In this document: positions 31,636-41,063 of the stretch, piece by piece
Layout of the letters: each line of letters starts with the position of its first letter
How positions within the stretch are numbered: the stretch's first letter is position 1
Source of the DNA: Hydrurus foetidus
Taxonomy: Eukaryota
Direction of reading: 5' to 3'
Length of the DNA: 64,000 nucleotides
NCBI GenBank assembly: GCA_900617105.1
Contig: UYFQ01000001.1
Location: 496,001-560,000 of the forward strand
Notes under the pieces: generated by a model
The model's input: the letters and a program-made list of their open reading frames with translations, nothing else
Database searches by the model: none
What the model was told of the DNA's origin: nothing
Program-made: the position numbers and the translations under genes

Positions 31636-32283
31636 ATGTTCTTTGGCAAGTTGCTGCCCCGCGAAGGCAATTTTTTTGAAATGTTCAACCAGCACGCCGA
31701 CCATATCGTCGAAGCTGCCCATGCATTTTCCAAGCTGGTTGCCAATTACAACGACCCGCACCTGCGCGAGCAGTACAACCGCGATGTGGACAACGCTGAG
31801 CGCGCCGCAGACCGCGTCACTCAGGAGGTGAACCGCACGCTGCACAAGACCTTCATCACACCGATTGACCGCGAGCAAATCCACAGCCTCATCAACACGA
31901 TGGACGACGTGGCTGATTTGATTCAAGACTCCGCAGAAACGATGGCCTTGTATGACGTGCGGGAGATGACGGAAGAAATTGTTCGCTTGACCGACATCAG
32001 CGTGAAGTGTTGCGAGCGGCTCAAAGATGCCGTCAAAATGCTCGACAAAATTGCCGACCATGACGTGGCCGAAGCCGCGCTCAAGACCTGCGAAGAAATC
32101 GACAAGCTCGAATCGGATGCCGACCGCGTGATGCGTGCGGCCATGAGCAAATTGTTCCGCAACGAACCCGATGTGCGCGAACTCATCAAGCTCAAAGCCA
32201 TTTACGAACTGCTGGAAACCATCACCGACAAGTGTGAAGACGTGGCCAACCTGATCGAGGGCATCGTCCTCGAAAATTCCTAA
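31636..32283 (+). CDS. DUF47 phosphate transport regulator (PhoU-like)
   Basis: LHKTFITPIDRE, LESDAD, LETITDKCEDVA; upstream of pit. Confidence 0.92.
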   Translation: MFFGKLLPREGNFFEMFNQHADHIVEAAHAFSKLVANYNDPHLREQYNRDVDNAERAADRVTQEVNRTLHKTFITPIDREQIHSLINTMDDVADLIQDSAETMALYDVREMTEEIVRLTDISVKCCERLKDAVKMLDKIADHDVAEAALKTCEEIDKLESDADRVMRAAMSKLFRNEPDVRELIKLKAIYELLETITDKCEDVANLIEGIVLENS

Positions 32284-32292
32284 AACCTGGGG

Positions 32293-33312
32293 TTGACAGA
32301 GATGACAACCGTTCAGGTTTCCTTGTGGGTGGTGGTGCTGTTGGTGGCACTGGCGCTGATGTTTGACTTTATGAATGGCTTCCATGACGCGGCCAATTCG
32401 ATCGCTACCGTGGTGTCCACCGGTGTGCTCAAGCCCGGGCAAGCGGTGCTGTTTGCCGCCACATTCAACTTCATTGCAATTTTCATCTTTCATCTCAGCG
32501 TGGCTGCCACGGTGGGCAAAGGCATCGTCCAGCCAGGTATTGTGGATGTGCATGTGGTGTTTGGTGCTTTGGTCGGTGCCATCACCTGGAACGCCATCAC
32601 TTGGTACTACGGTATTCCCAGCAGTTCATCGCACGCGCTGATCGGTGGCATTGTGGGCGCAGTGATGGCCAAATCAGGTGCAGGGGCATTGGTTGCGGGT
32701 GGCGTATTGAAAACCGTGGCCTTCATATTTGTTTCCCCCGTGCTGGGTTTTTTACTCGGTTCGCTGATGATGGTGGCTGTGGCCTGGATTTGCCGCCGCG
32801 CCACACCTTCTAAAGTAGACCGCTGGTTCCGTCGTTTGCAGTTGGTGTCAGCGGGTGCTTACAGTTTGGGCCACGGTGGCAATGACGCGCAAAAAACCAT
32901 CGGCATTATCTGGATGCTTTTGATCGCTACCGGTTACGCTGCCGCTGAAGACGCATCTCCACCTTCCTGGGCCATCATCAGTTGTTACACCTGCATTGCA
33001 GCGGGCACCATGTTTGGTGGCTGGCGTATCGTGAAAACAATGGGGCAAAAAATCACCAAGCTTAAGCCTGTAGGCGGTTTTTGCGCCGAGACGGGTGGCG
33101 CGATCACCCTGTTTCTGGCGACGGCCATGGGAATACCGGTGTCCACCACCCACACCATCACCGGTGCCATCGTCGGCGTAGGCTCTACACAGCGGGCCAG
33201 TGCGGTGCGTTGGGGTGTCGCAGGCAATATCGTCTGGGCCTGGATCTTCACCATTCCTGCTAGCGCTTTTGTAGCGGCCATCGCTTACTGGGTAAGCTTG
33301 CAGCTGTTTTAA
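32293..33312 (+). CDS. pit: Inorganic phosphate transporter (PiT family)
   Basis: NGFHDAANSIAT, PSSSSHA, HGGNDAQK, PVSTTH. Confidence 0.94.
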   Translation: MTEMTTVQVSLWVVVLLVALALMFDFMNGFHDAANSIATVVSTGVLKPGQAVLFAATFNFIAIFIFHLSVAATVGKGIVQPGIVDVHVVFGALVGAITWNAITWYYGIPSSSSHALIGGIVGAVMAKSGAGALVAGGVLKTVAFIFVSPVLGFLLGSLMMVAVAWICRRATPSKVDRWFRRLQLVSAGAYSLGHGGNDAQKTIGIIWMLLIATGYAAAEDASPPSWAIISCYTCIAAGTMFGGWRIVKTMGQKITKLKPVGGFCAETGGAITLFLATAMGIPVSTTHTITGAIVGVGSTQRASAVRWGVAGNIVWAWIFTIPASAFVAAIAYWVSLQLF

Positions 33313-33332
33313 CTTCTTGTGATTGCGTTCCT

Positions 33333-34328
33333 ATGATGACCTCCCGACGCACCGCTACGCTGGCACTGCTCAGCGCCGCCTTCAGCGCCATCCCTGGCCT
33401 GAATATCTCCGCGATGGCGCAAGGCGCTGCATGGCCCACCAAACCGGTTCGCCTTATCGTGCCCTATCCGGCGGGGGGGGTTACTGACGCGGTATCGCGC
33501 TTGTTGGCTGAGCGCCTCGCGCTGGCATTGGGGCAACCGTTCGTGGTGGACAACCGTGCCGGTGCTGGCGGCGTGACGGGCATGGATGCGGTCGCCAAGG
33601 CCACCGACGGCCACATGTTGGCCCTGGCAGCCATCAGCCCGCTTACGCTGCTGCCTCACGTGATGCATGTGCCGTATGACCCGTTGAAGGATTTCGCACC
33701 GGTTGCGACCGTCATGTATTCCCCGGTCTACCTGCTCGCCACGCCCGCCTTCACGGGCAAGACATTCGAAGACATGCTGGTACAAGCCAAAGCTAACCCG
33801 GGCAAGCTGTCGATGGCGACCTCAGGCGTTGGCACCGTGGGCAACATCATGCTGGAGCAAATCAAGCGCAAAGCAGGCGTGGACATCATCCATGTGCCCT
33901 ATAAAGGCGGTGGCGGGCAGATCATTGGCGACGCAGCGGGCGGGCATTTCGACCTGTTCACCACCAACCCCAGCCCTAACGTCGAGGGCCTGATTGCCAA
34001 AGGCAAACTTCGCATCCTCGCTGTCACCGGCCCAACCCGCTTGCCCGGCCTGCCGGATGTGTCCACTTTGGCTGAATTAGGCCATCCACTGGCGAATTTG
34101 ACCTCCCTGTTTGGCTTGTTTGCCCCTGCCAAAACACCGCCCGAGGTGTTGCAGCGCTTGAACGCTGAGGTCAACAAAATTTTGACTCAAAAAGAGGTGC
34201 AAGAGAAGTTGACCAAGCTCGACAACGTGGTCGCCACAGGAACGATGGCGCAGTTCGCGGCAACGATCAAAAACGAATCAACCGCGAATGCGAAGGTGGT
34301 AAAGGACGCGAATATCCGGATGGAGTGA
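33333..34328 (+). CDS. Bug/TctC tripartite tricarboxylate transporter substrate-binding protein
   Basis: WPTKPVRLIVPYPAGG.TD, VDNRAGAGG, HVPYKG. Confidence 0.92.
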   Translation: MMTSRRTATLALLSAAFSAIPGLNISAMAQGAAWPTKPVRLIVPYPAGGVTDAVSRLLAERLALALGQPFVVDNRAGAGGVTGMDAVAKATDGHMLALAAISPLTLLPHVMHVPYDPLKDFAPVATVMYSPVYLLATPAFTGKTFEDMLVQAKANPGKLSMATSGVGTVGNIMLEQIKRKAGVDIIHVPYKGGGGQIIGDAAGGHFDLFTTNPSPNVEGLIAKGKLRILAVTGPTRLPGLPDVSTLAELGHPLANLTSLFGLFAPAKTPPEVLQRLNAEVNKILTQKEVQEKLTKLDNVVATGTMAQFAATIKNESTANAKVVKDANIRME

Positions 34329-34354
34329 GCCGCATGCCCTCGAATTCGTTGGGT

Positions 34355-34702
34355 CTATGCCGCTTCTCCGAATTTCAGCAGGTTCCCGTGCGGGTCAATC
34401 ACGTACAGCTCCTTCATGCCCCAAGGGCGAATTTGAGGGGCTTGCAGCGTCAACCCTTTGGCGTTGAACTCAGCGTACAGTGTGTCGGTGTTGGACACGC
34501 GCAAGTAGCACGATGTGTTTTCGGCAATGTGGCGCTCTGTGCATAGCCAAAACTGAATCTCAGCGCCATCACGTTGAACGATGCAGTAATCGTCCATCCT
34601 CAGCTTTTCGGTGAATCCCAGGTTGTGAACATAAAAAGCCAGAGATTCAACGATGTTGAGCGAGGCCAAAACAGGGGCTGCGGATTGGATGAGGGGTGTC
34701 AT
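34355..34702 (-). CDS. VOC/glyoxalase protein, bleomycin-resistance-protein-like
   Basis: P.L......S.AFY...LGF, PWGMKELYVIDPHGNLLKFG. Confidence 0.85.
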   Translation of the reverse strand: MTPLIQSAAPVLASLNIVESLAFYVHNLGFTEKLRMDDYCIVQRDGAEIQFWLCTERHIAENTSCYLRVSNTDTLYAEFNAKGLTLQAPQIRPWGMKELYVIDPHGNLLKFGEAA

Positions 34703-34723
34703 GGTGCGTAAATGCGGTTCGAA

Positions 34724-35398
34724 TTACACCTGGTGGTGCCACCGAAGACCCAAAGGCAGTGTGCGAGGGCCAAACAAAAAGTGGAGCACTCTGCGTTGGC
34801 TGTAGCCTTGCGATTTGGACGATGCATGCAAAAGCAGTGGACGCATGACCAATACGCTGCCTGCATGGGTTACATGGGGTGGCTCTGGTTCCGATTGACG
34901 TCTTGCCGCTGCGGTTTCCGGGTCTATCGTTCCGCCTAAATGAGATCCTGGTACAACCCTCAGTGGGCCATCGTTTGCACCGCAAGCGTCTACATGTACC
35001 CGCACTGCAATCAGCTGCGCCATGAGGTCTATGGGCGCTTGCACATACAGCACGCCTTCTTTTTCTGACCATCCTTTCAAGCTTGGGTGTTCCATGCGTT
35101 CTGCCACAGGAATACTCAGGTCTTGGTGAACCGCAACAAGCCAATTGTGAAAGGGGGATTTCTCAAAATAAGTGCATTGCGTGGCTGCATATGCTGTGGG
35201 GATGAGTGCTGCGAGCGCAGGGTGTTGACGGATTCGCGTTGCCAGCAAGTTGCACCACGCCAGGGAAAGCAGTCGGCGTGCGCCCACGGTATCTTTGGAC
35301 GCAGCGCAAAGATGCGCTGCAATGATCTCGCATTCACCGCTGCCCAGCACCTGCGGAATACGTGCATAGCCTTGGGTTAAGAATTGAACGCAGTCCAT
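34724..35398 (-). CDS. PhyH-family Fe(II)/2-oxoglutarate dioxygenase
   Basis: HQD, VRVHVD...NDGPLRVVPGSH, LLHASS, RRVLH. Confidence 0.85.
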   Translation of the reverse strand: MDCVQFLTQGYARIPQVLGSGECEIIAAHLCAASKDTVGARRLLSLAWCNLLATRIRQHPALAALIPTAYAATQCTYFEKSPFHNWLVAVHQDLSIPVAERMEHPSLKGWSEKEGVLYVQAPIDLMAQLIAVRVHVDACGANDGPLRVVPGSHLGGTIDPETAAARRQSEPEPPHVTHAGSVLVMRPLLLHASSKSQGYSQRRVLHFLFGPRTLPLGLRWHHQV

Positions 35399-35438
35399 TT
35401 TGTGTGTGCCGTCACCTGCTGGGGTATTGAGTACTGCT

Positions 35439-35885
35439 TTACTGCGAAATCTTCCTCGCCTCTTCAATTTGGTATTCAAAGTAGCGCTGAAAGCTGAACA
35501 CGATGCTGGACATCAGCACCGTGGTGCCCATCAGCAGCGCCAGCACGATGGCCCCGATGGTGGGCCAGTGGGTTTGTCCGGCTGCTTCTGTGGGCGATGC
35601 GTTGGGGTTGAAGAGGGTGTTCCACTTTTCAGGTGTCATCAGTCCGTAGACGATGGCGTGCAGGGCGGTGATGGCGAAGGTGAAGCCTAGCAACGGGATC
35701 AGCAGCCAGCTCCATTGGTCATCTTGTCCCATTTGCTGTACCCGCTGAATGCCGTAGAGGCCTAAAGCTGTTGGGATGGGGTGCAGCCATGCCAGGGTAT
35801 CGCCCAGGCCGTACAGGTAAAAGCGGTGCAAGCCCAGTGGGCCTCCGAACAGGGCCAGCCAAGCGGCGAGTGTTTTGTTTTTCAT
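35439..35885 (-). CDS. TM2/NINE-domain membrane protein
   Basis: KNKTLAAWLA..GGPLGLHRFYL. Confidence 0.85.
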   Translation of the reverse strand: MKNKTLAAWLALFGGPLGLHRFYLYGLGDTLAWLHPIPTALGLYGIQRVQQMGQDDQWSWLLIPLLGFTFAITALHAIVYGLMTPEKWNTLFNPNASPTEAAGQTHWPTIGAIVLALLMGTTVLMSSIVFSFQRYFEYQIEEARKISQ

Positions 35886-35896
35886 GCGGCGGATTA

Positions 35897-37084
35897 TCAG
35901 GTGGCAGCGTGAAGCGCCAACTGCGCAGCGGCAGCGAGTGGGTTCATGACTTCAATGCCTTCTCGCATGGGGTAACTGGTTTCTACGGGGGCAATAACCA
36001 GTTTGCGTATGGCCTTCACATCGACCGCTGCCATGTGGAAACCCTTGGAGACTGTGGGTGCGGATGAGCGCTTGATTTCGATAACCCAGGTTGCACCGTT
36101 ATGCAGGGTCATCACCAGATCAGCCTCTGCACCATTCGCTGTGCGGTAAAAGCAGGCTTCAGCATGGGGCGCAGCTGCAATCAGCTGTTCGATAACAAAG
36201 CCTTCCCAGCTTGCACCAGCGATGGGGTGGCTCAAGATGGATTCCAAATTTTCAAGGCCCAGCAGTGTGTGGGTGATTCCGCTGTCGCGCACATAGACCT
36301 TGGGTGCGCGAACCAACCGCTTGCCCACATTGCCGTGCCACGCCGGTAAGCGTCGAACCAGCATCAAATCACACAGTATGTCTATGTAGCGGGCCACGGT
36401 TTGCCCAGTCACCGCCAGTGAGGCTGCCAGTTGGGATTGGTTCAGCAGACCCCCTTGTAGATGGGCCAGCATAATCCACAAACGGCGCAGTGTGGTGGCA
36501 GGAATCCGCGGGCCCAGTGCAGGAATATCGCGCTCTAAATAGGTAGCAATGAACGCTTCACGCCAGCGCTGGCTTGCCGCATCTGAGGGGGCCAGCCACG
36601 ACAACGGAAAACCACCGCGTGTCCACAGTGAATTGACCTGTGCACTCGTGGCGTTGGGTTGAAACAGCTCACGTGCTTGAAAGGGTGTGAGTTCAAGTTG
36701 CGCCACACGTCCTGCCAAACTTTCGCTGGTCTGCTGTAGCAAAACCCCTGTTGCGGAACCCAGCAGCAGGAATTGACCCGTGGCTTCACCGGCTCTGCGT
36801 CGAATGTCAATGACACCGCGCAGCACCGCAAACAATTCGGGCACACGTTGCACTTCATCCAAAATGACCAAGCGGTTGCTTTGTGCCAGTAAAAAGGCTT
36901 CTGGATCGTCCAGTTGCCGTTGCGCCGATGGCAATTCCAAATCAAGGTAGCTGGCATTGCCACGCCGTGTCATTTCTGCAATGGCCAGTGTCGTTTTCCC
37001 TGCTTGGCGAGGCCCAAGCAGTACAACAGCAGGGAATTGGTCTAAAAGGACTTCAAGTTGATTTTGAATAAAGCGGGGATTCAT
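35897..37084 (-). CDS. AAA_14 ATPase with DUF4143 (PD-(D/E)xK-like) C-terminus
   Basis: GPRQAGKTT, ILDEVQ, LLLGS, ESLAGR, RGGFP, PKVY..DSG, WEG, EAD...IEIK. Confidence 0.9.
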   Translation of the reverse strand: MNPRFIQNQLEVLLDQFPAVVLLGPRQAGKTTLAIAEMTRRGNASYLDLELPSAQRQLDDPEAFLLAQSNRLVILDEVQRVPELFAVLRGVIDIRRRAGEATGQFLLLGSATGVLLQQTSESLAGRVAQLELTPFQARELFQPNATSAQVNSLWTRGGFPLSWLAPSDAASQRWREAFIATYLERDIPALGPRIPATTLRRLWIMLAHLQGGLLNQSQLAASLAVTGQTVARYIDILCDLMLVRRLPAWHGNVGKRLVRAPKVYVRDSGITHTLLGLENLESILSHPIAGASWEGFVIEQLIAAAPHAEACFYRTANGAEADLVMTLHNGATWVIEIKRSSAPTVSKGFHMAAVDVKAIRKLVIAPVETSYPMREGIEVMNPLAAAAQLALHAAT

Positions 37085-37090
37085 CCATGT

Positions 37091-37114
37091 AATTTATCAT
37101 TCGCATGATGAATT
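37091..37114. promoter_or_regulatory. Palindrome over the -10 of the AAA ATPase gene
   Basis: AATTTATCAT-tcgc-ATGATGAATT (one mismatch), 6 nt from ATG. Confidence 0.5.
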
Positions 37115-37135
37115 TGCATGGTTGTATCCAAAAAA

Positions 37136-37657
37136 CTACACCGGTACGCTGCTGTCTCCTTGTCCCAGCGCCTTGTCCATCAGCACCACGTCTAACCAGC
37201 GGTCAAACTTCCAGCCGCTGGATTTCAGCACACCCACAGGTTGAAAGCCCAGTGCGCGGTGAACACCTATAGAGCCTGCGTTGGCTGAGTCGCCAATCAC
37301 AGCGATGAGTTTGCGCACACCTGCACGCTCAGCTTGTGCGGCCAGTTCGGCCAGCAGGGTGCGGCCCAGCCCCAAGCCTTGGGCTTCGGGGGCGAGGTAG
37401 ATGGAGTCTTCCGCTGAAAAGCGGTAGGCGGGGCGGGGTTTGAACCAGTTGCAGTAGGCGTAACCGAGGACGTGATCGCCCTCCACAGCCACGAGCCAGG
37501 GCAGATTTTTACTCAGCACGTCGGCGCGGCGGGCCGTCATGTCTGAAAGGGTAGGGGGATCAATTTCAAAAGTACCCGTGCCGTGCAGCACATGGTGGGT
37601 GTAGATGGCCGTAATGGCGGGGAGGTCGGCGTCAAGGCTTGGGCGAATCAGGGGCAT
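37136..37657 (-). CDS. GNAT N-acetyltransferase, phosphinothricin/YncA-like
   Basis: IY.HHV..GTGTFE..PP, AYRFSAEDSIY, N.GSI..H..LGF, G.KFDRWLD. Confidence 0.9.
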   Translation of the reverse strand: MPLIRPSLDADLPAITAIYTHHVLHGTGTFEIDPPTLSDMTARRADVLSKNLPWLVAVEGDHVLGYAYCNWFKPRPAYRFSAEDSIYLAPEAQGLGLGRTLLAELAAQAERAGVRKLIAVIGDSANAGSIGVHRALGFQPVGVLKSSGWKFDRWLDVVLMDKALGQGDSSVPV

Positions 37658-37818
37658 GGCAGGTGCTCAAAGTAAAAAGAAGGCTGAGGAATATGGGCGA
37701 AAAGGGTAAAAAAGCTGTGAATGGTAGAATCAAAGGCTTTGCAGCGTGTCGCTGGCCGGGTGGCTATGTCGCGTGTCTCAACGTTGCGGGAATTTAATCT
37801 CCACCCACAGGATAAATC

Positions 37819-38085
37819 ATGGTTGTAATTCGTCTCGCACGTGGCGGCTCTAAAGGCCGTCCTTTCTTCAATATCGTTGTTGCTGACAAGCGCACCCGCC
37901 GCGATGGCCGTTTCATTGAGCGCATCGGTTTTTACAACCCTATCGCCAAGGGCGGCGAAGAGTCCATCCGCATTGCACAAGATCGCCTGACCTACTGGCG
38001 CAGTGTGGGCGCGCAAGCTTCTCCTACGGTTGAGCGCTTGATCAAGCAAGGCGCTACAGCTGCTGTGGTTGCTGTTGCAGCCTAA
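37819..38085 (+). CDS. rpsP: 30S ribosomal protein S16
   Basis: [28 protein letters not shown]. Confidence 0.98.
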   Translation: MVVIRLARGGSKGRPFFNIVVADKRTRRDGRFIERIGFYNPIAKGGEESIRIAQDRLTYWRSVGAQASPTVERLIKQGATAAVVAVAA

Positions 38086-38098
38086 GCACAAGTCCACA

Positions 38099-38683
38099 AT
38101 GGCTGGCACCCCGGTTAATTTGGCGCTTGCGCTGGACGTGTCTGAGTTGCCAGCCGATGCCATCGAGGTCGGCCGTATCGCCGACGCCTGGGGCATCAAG
38201 GGGTGGTTCAAGGTATTGCCCCACAGCGCTTCCCCGGAGGCGCTTTTTTCTTCCAAGCGCTGGTTTTTGTTGCCAACTGAGCGTGGGGTGAAAACCTTTG
38301 CTGGTACGCTGCAAATGAAGGTGATTGAGGCCAAAACGCACGCGGATACGGTGGTTGCCAATGCGCAAGGCATTGATGACCGCAATGCGGCAGAGGCCTT
38401 GAAGGGGGCGCGAATTTTTGTTTCGCGTGCCAGCTTTCCTACCGCTGACAAAGACGAGTTTTACTGGGTTGATTTGATCGGCCTGGATGTGGTCAACCGC
38501 GAAGGCGTAGCCTTGGGCCAAGTGCGCGAACTACTGTCTACCGGCCCGCAAGCGGTGCTTGTGATGGACTACACCGAAGATGGCAAAGTGCTAGAGCGGA
38601 TGATTCCGTTTGTCTCTGCCCATGTGGACGGTGTTGATTTGCCCACCAAAAAGATCACGGTGGATTGGCAGCCCGACTACTGA
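38099..38683 (+). CDS. rimM: Ribosome maturation factor RimM
   Basis: GRI..AWGIKG, DRNAAEALKG, EFYWVDLIG, IPFV, VDWQPDY. Confidence 0.96.
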   Translation: MAGTPVNLALALDVSELPADAIEVGRIADAWGIKGWFKVLPHSASPEALFSSKRWFLLPTERGVKTFAGTLQMKVIEAKTHADTVVANAQGIDDRNAAEALKGARIFVSRASFPTADKDEFYWVDLIGLDVVNREGVALGQVRELLSTGPQAVLVMDYTEDGKVLERMIPFVSAHVDGVDLPTKKITVDWQPDY

Positions 38684-38707
38684 GCGGCTTCCTTGATTTT
38701 TGACTTT

Positions 38708-38742
38708 GGCCCCTCAGCACTGCTGTGGGGCCGTTTGTTTTT
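38708..38742 (+). terminator. Terminator-like hairpin between rimM and trmD
   Basis: GGCCCC-TCAGCA-C-TGCTG-TGGGGCC followed by GTTTGTTTTT. Confidence 0.6.
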
Positions 38743-38776
38743 CTGCCTCGGCTTAACTTGAGTTTGCTTCATTCCT

Positions 38777-39589
38777 ATGCGCTTCGACATCATCACCCTT
38801 TTCCCTGACATGTTCACCGCTTTTTTGGGCAGCGGTGTCACACGGCGTGCCTTTGTTGCGGCGCCTGGTGAGCCTTCACCCAAAGGTCGTGCGGGTGCGC
38901 CCAAACCCAAGTTGGTGGATGTACGCCTATGGAATCCACGGGATTTCGCGGTGGGTAATTACCGTCGTGTGGACGATCGCCCATTCGGTGGTGGCCCTGG
39001 CATGGTGATGATGGTAGAGCCGTTGACAGAATGCTTGAACGCCATCCGCGCTGACCGTGAAGACGAGGAAAGCGGTGGCGGCAATGCCCCTGTAGTGCTG
39101 TTTTCACCCATTGGCAAACGCTTGGATCACGCCAGTGTGGAGCAATGGTCAACCAGCGCTGGTGCGGTGCTTGTGTGTGGCCGCTATGAGGGCATTGATC
39201 AGCGCTTTATTGATGCATATGTCACGGCTCAAATCAGCATCGGCGATTTTGTGCTCTCCGGTGGTGAAATCGCCGCGATGGCGCTGCTCGATGCGGTAGC
39301 CCGCCTGCAACCCGGTGTGCTGAACGATGAAGGCAGTCACCAGCTGGACAGCTTCAATCCCGCGCTGGATGGTTTGCTGGACTGCCCCCATTTCACCCGT
39401 CCCGTAGACTGGAATGGCGCACTGGTGCCTGACGTTTTGATGTCTGGTCACCATGCCGATATTGAACGCTGGCGGCGTGACCAGCGTTTGCGTATCACTG
39501 CTGAGAATCGGCCTGATTTACTGGAAGCTGCCCGTGCAGCTGGCAACTTGACCAAGGCGGACGAAGCTGGGTTGGGCAAGAAGCGCTAA
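38777..39589 (+). CDS. trmD: tRNA (guanine-N1)-methyltransferase
   Basis: [37 protein letters not shown]. Confidence 0.97.
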   Translation: MRFDIITLFPDMFTAFLGSGVTRRAFVAAPGEPSPKGRAGAPKPKLVDVRLWNPRDFAVGNYRRVDDRPFGGGPGMVMMVEPLTECLNAIRADREDEESGGGNAPVVLFSPIGKRLDHASVEQWSTSAGAVLVCGRYEGIDQRFIDAYVTAQISIGDFVLSGGEIAAMALLDAVARLQPGVLNDEGSHQLDSFNPALDGLLDCPHFTRPVDWNGALVPDVLMSGHHADIERWRRDQRLRITAENRPDLLEAARAAGNLTKADEAGLGKKR

Positions 39590-39597
39590 ATACGAAA

Positions 39598-39606
39598 TGC
39601 TATAAT
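39598..39606 (+). promoter_or_regulatory. Extended -10 promoter for rplS
   Basis: TGcTATAAT perfect consensus ~100 nt upstream of rplS. Confidence 0.65.
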
Positions 39607-39708
39607 AGAAGGCTTTTCGATCCTCTGGCAGGCCGCTTGACTCTACGGACTTTATGTTTGGCTTCAGGCCTTTTGTGTAGCGTGACCATGATCCTTAGAA
39701 GGTAATTT

Positions 39709-40119
39709 ATGAATTTGATCCAAATCCTGGAACAGGAAGAAATGAACCGCCTGCTGGAAAAATCCGGCAAGGCTATCCCTGTGTTTGCACCCGGCGACAC
39801 CGTGATCGTCAGCGTGAACGTGGTTGAAGGTACACGCAAGCGCGTGCAGGCTTACGAAGGTGTGGTAATTGCCAAGCGCAATCGCGGCTTGAACAGCGGT
39901 TTTACCGTGCGTAAAATTTCCAGTGGCGAAGGCGTGGAGCGTACGTTCCAAACTTACAGCCCATTGATCGCTGGCATTGAAGTCAAGCGCCGTGGTGATG
40001 TCCGCCGTGCCAAGTTGTACTACCTGCGTGAACGCAGCGGCAAGTCGGCACGTATCAAGGAAAAGCTGGTTGCTCGCGCCCCTAAGAAGGCTGTGGTCGC
40101 CGTCGTTGCTGCTGCTTGA
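39709..40119 (+). CDS. rplS: 50S ribosomal protein L19
   Basis: [32 protein letters not shown]. Confidence 0.98.
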   Translation: MNLIQILEQEEMNRLLEKSGKAIPVFAPGDTVIVSVNVVEGTRKRVQAYEGVVIAKRNRGLNSGFTVRKISSGEGVERTFQTYSPLIAGIEVKRRGDVRRAKLYYLRERSGKSARIKEKLVARAPKKAVVAVVAAA

Positions 40120-40170
40120 TGCACCACTGACCGTGTTGGACTGACCTGATGGGTTAGTCTTGCCAATCTG

Positions 40171-40204
40171 AGCCGCCCTAGCGTCATGCTGGTGCGGCTT
40201 TTTT
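40171..40204 (+). terminator. Intrinsic terminator after rplS
   Basis: AGCCGC...GCGGCT followed by T-run. Confidence 0.75.
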
Positions 40205-40242
40205 CATGGCCGTGTTGTTCTCTTTTTGCCTTGGTATGTACC

Positions 40243-40965
40243 TTGACTTCTCAACCGCACACTCCGCTTCACATCCCGTTATCGTCCCTTCCCAACTTCA
40301 ACCCCCGTGAAGTTCCTGTGGTCGGCGTGGACACGCACCTCACGGCTGTAGGGGTGGATCGCCTGTCAGCCCAAGCCTTGCGCCAGCGCTTCATCACCCC
40401 TCCGCAGTGGGTTCCTGAGATGGTGAAAGAGGTGAGGTTTTCAAATCGCACGCCCGCCAAGGCCTCTGTGCTGATTCCCATCGTGATGCGTGAGCAGCCT
40501 ATGGTACTGCTGACGCAGCGCACCGCCCACATGTCTACCCATTCAGGGCAGGTGGCGTTCCCGGGCGGCAAGTCGGACGATACCGATGCGGATGCGGTGG
40601 CCACAGCCCTGCGTGAGGCACACGAAGAAGTGGGTTTGGCCCCGCACTTTGCAAAGGTGATGGGCAGTTTGCCCACTTACATCACCGGTACTGCTTTCAT
40701 CATCACCCCGGTGGTGGCCTTGATTGACCCCGGCTTTGAGCTCAAGCTCAACCCCGACGAAGTGGCGGATGCGTTCGAGGTGCCTTTGCAGTTTTTGATG
40801 AACCCCAGTCACCACCAACGCCACGTTGTAGAGTGGGACGGCGTGCGCCGTGAATGGTTGTCCATGCCTTACCTTGACGAGGTGGATGGCGTGCCTACAG
40901 AGCGGTTTATTTGGGGCGCTACCGCCGGTATGCTGCGTAATTTTTACCGTTTCTTGAGTGCTTGA
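40243..40965 (+). CDS. Nudix CoA pyrophosphatase (NudL-like)
   Basis: LLTQR, HSGQVAFPGG, ALREAHEEVG, IWGATA; start uncertain. Confidence 0.9.
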   Translation: MTSQPHTPLHIPLSSLPNFNPREVPVVGVDTHLTAVGVDRLSAQALRQRFITPPQWVPEMVKEVRFSNRTPAKASVLIPIVMREQPMVLLTQRTAHMSTHSGQVAFPGGKSDDTDADAVATALREAHEEVGLAPHFAKVMGSLPTYITGTAFIITPVVALIDPGFELKLNPDEVADAFEVPLQFLMNPSHHQRHVVEWDGVRREWLSMPYLDEVDGVPTERFIWGATAGMLRNFYRFLSA

Positions 40966-41063
40966 AATCGATTTGTTCCTCTGGATGCGGCTTGATATGC
41001 GCCTGATTCACTCCAACTGATTTCAACCCTCGCCAATTCACCACAGCCCGCTATCATTACCGC

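Noticed and set aside
34329..34354. Integron attC after the VOC gene (ACCCAAC follows the stop)
   Set aside because: Only 26 bp of spacer, no matching GTTRRRY core or L boxes, no integrase
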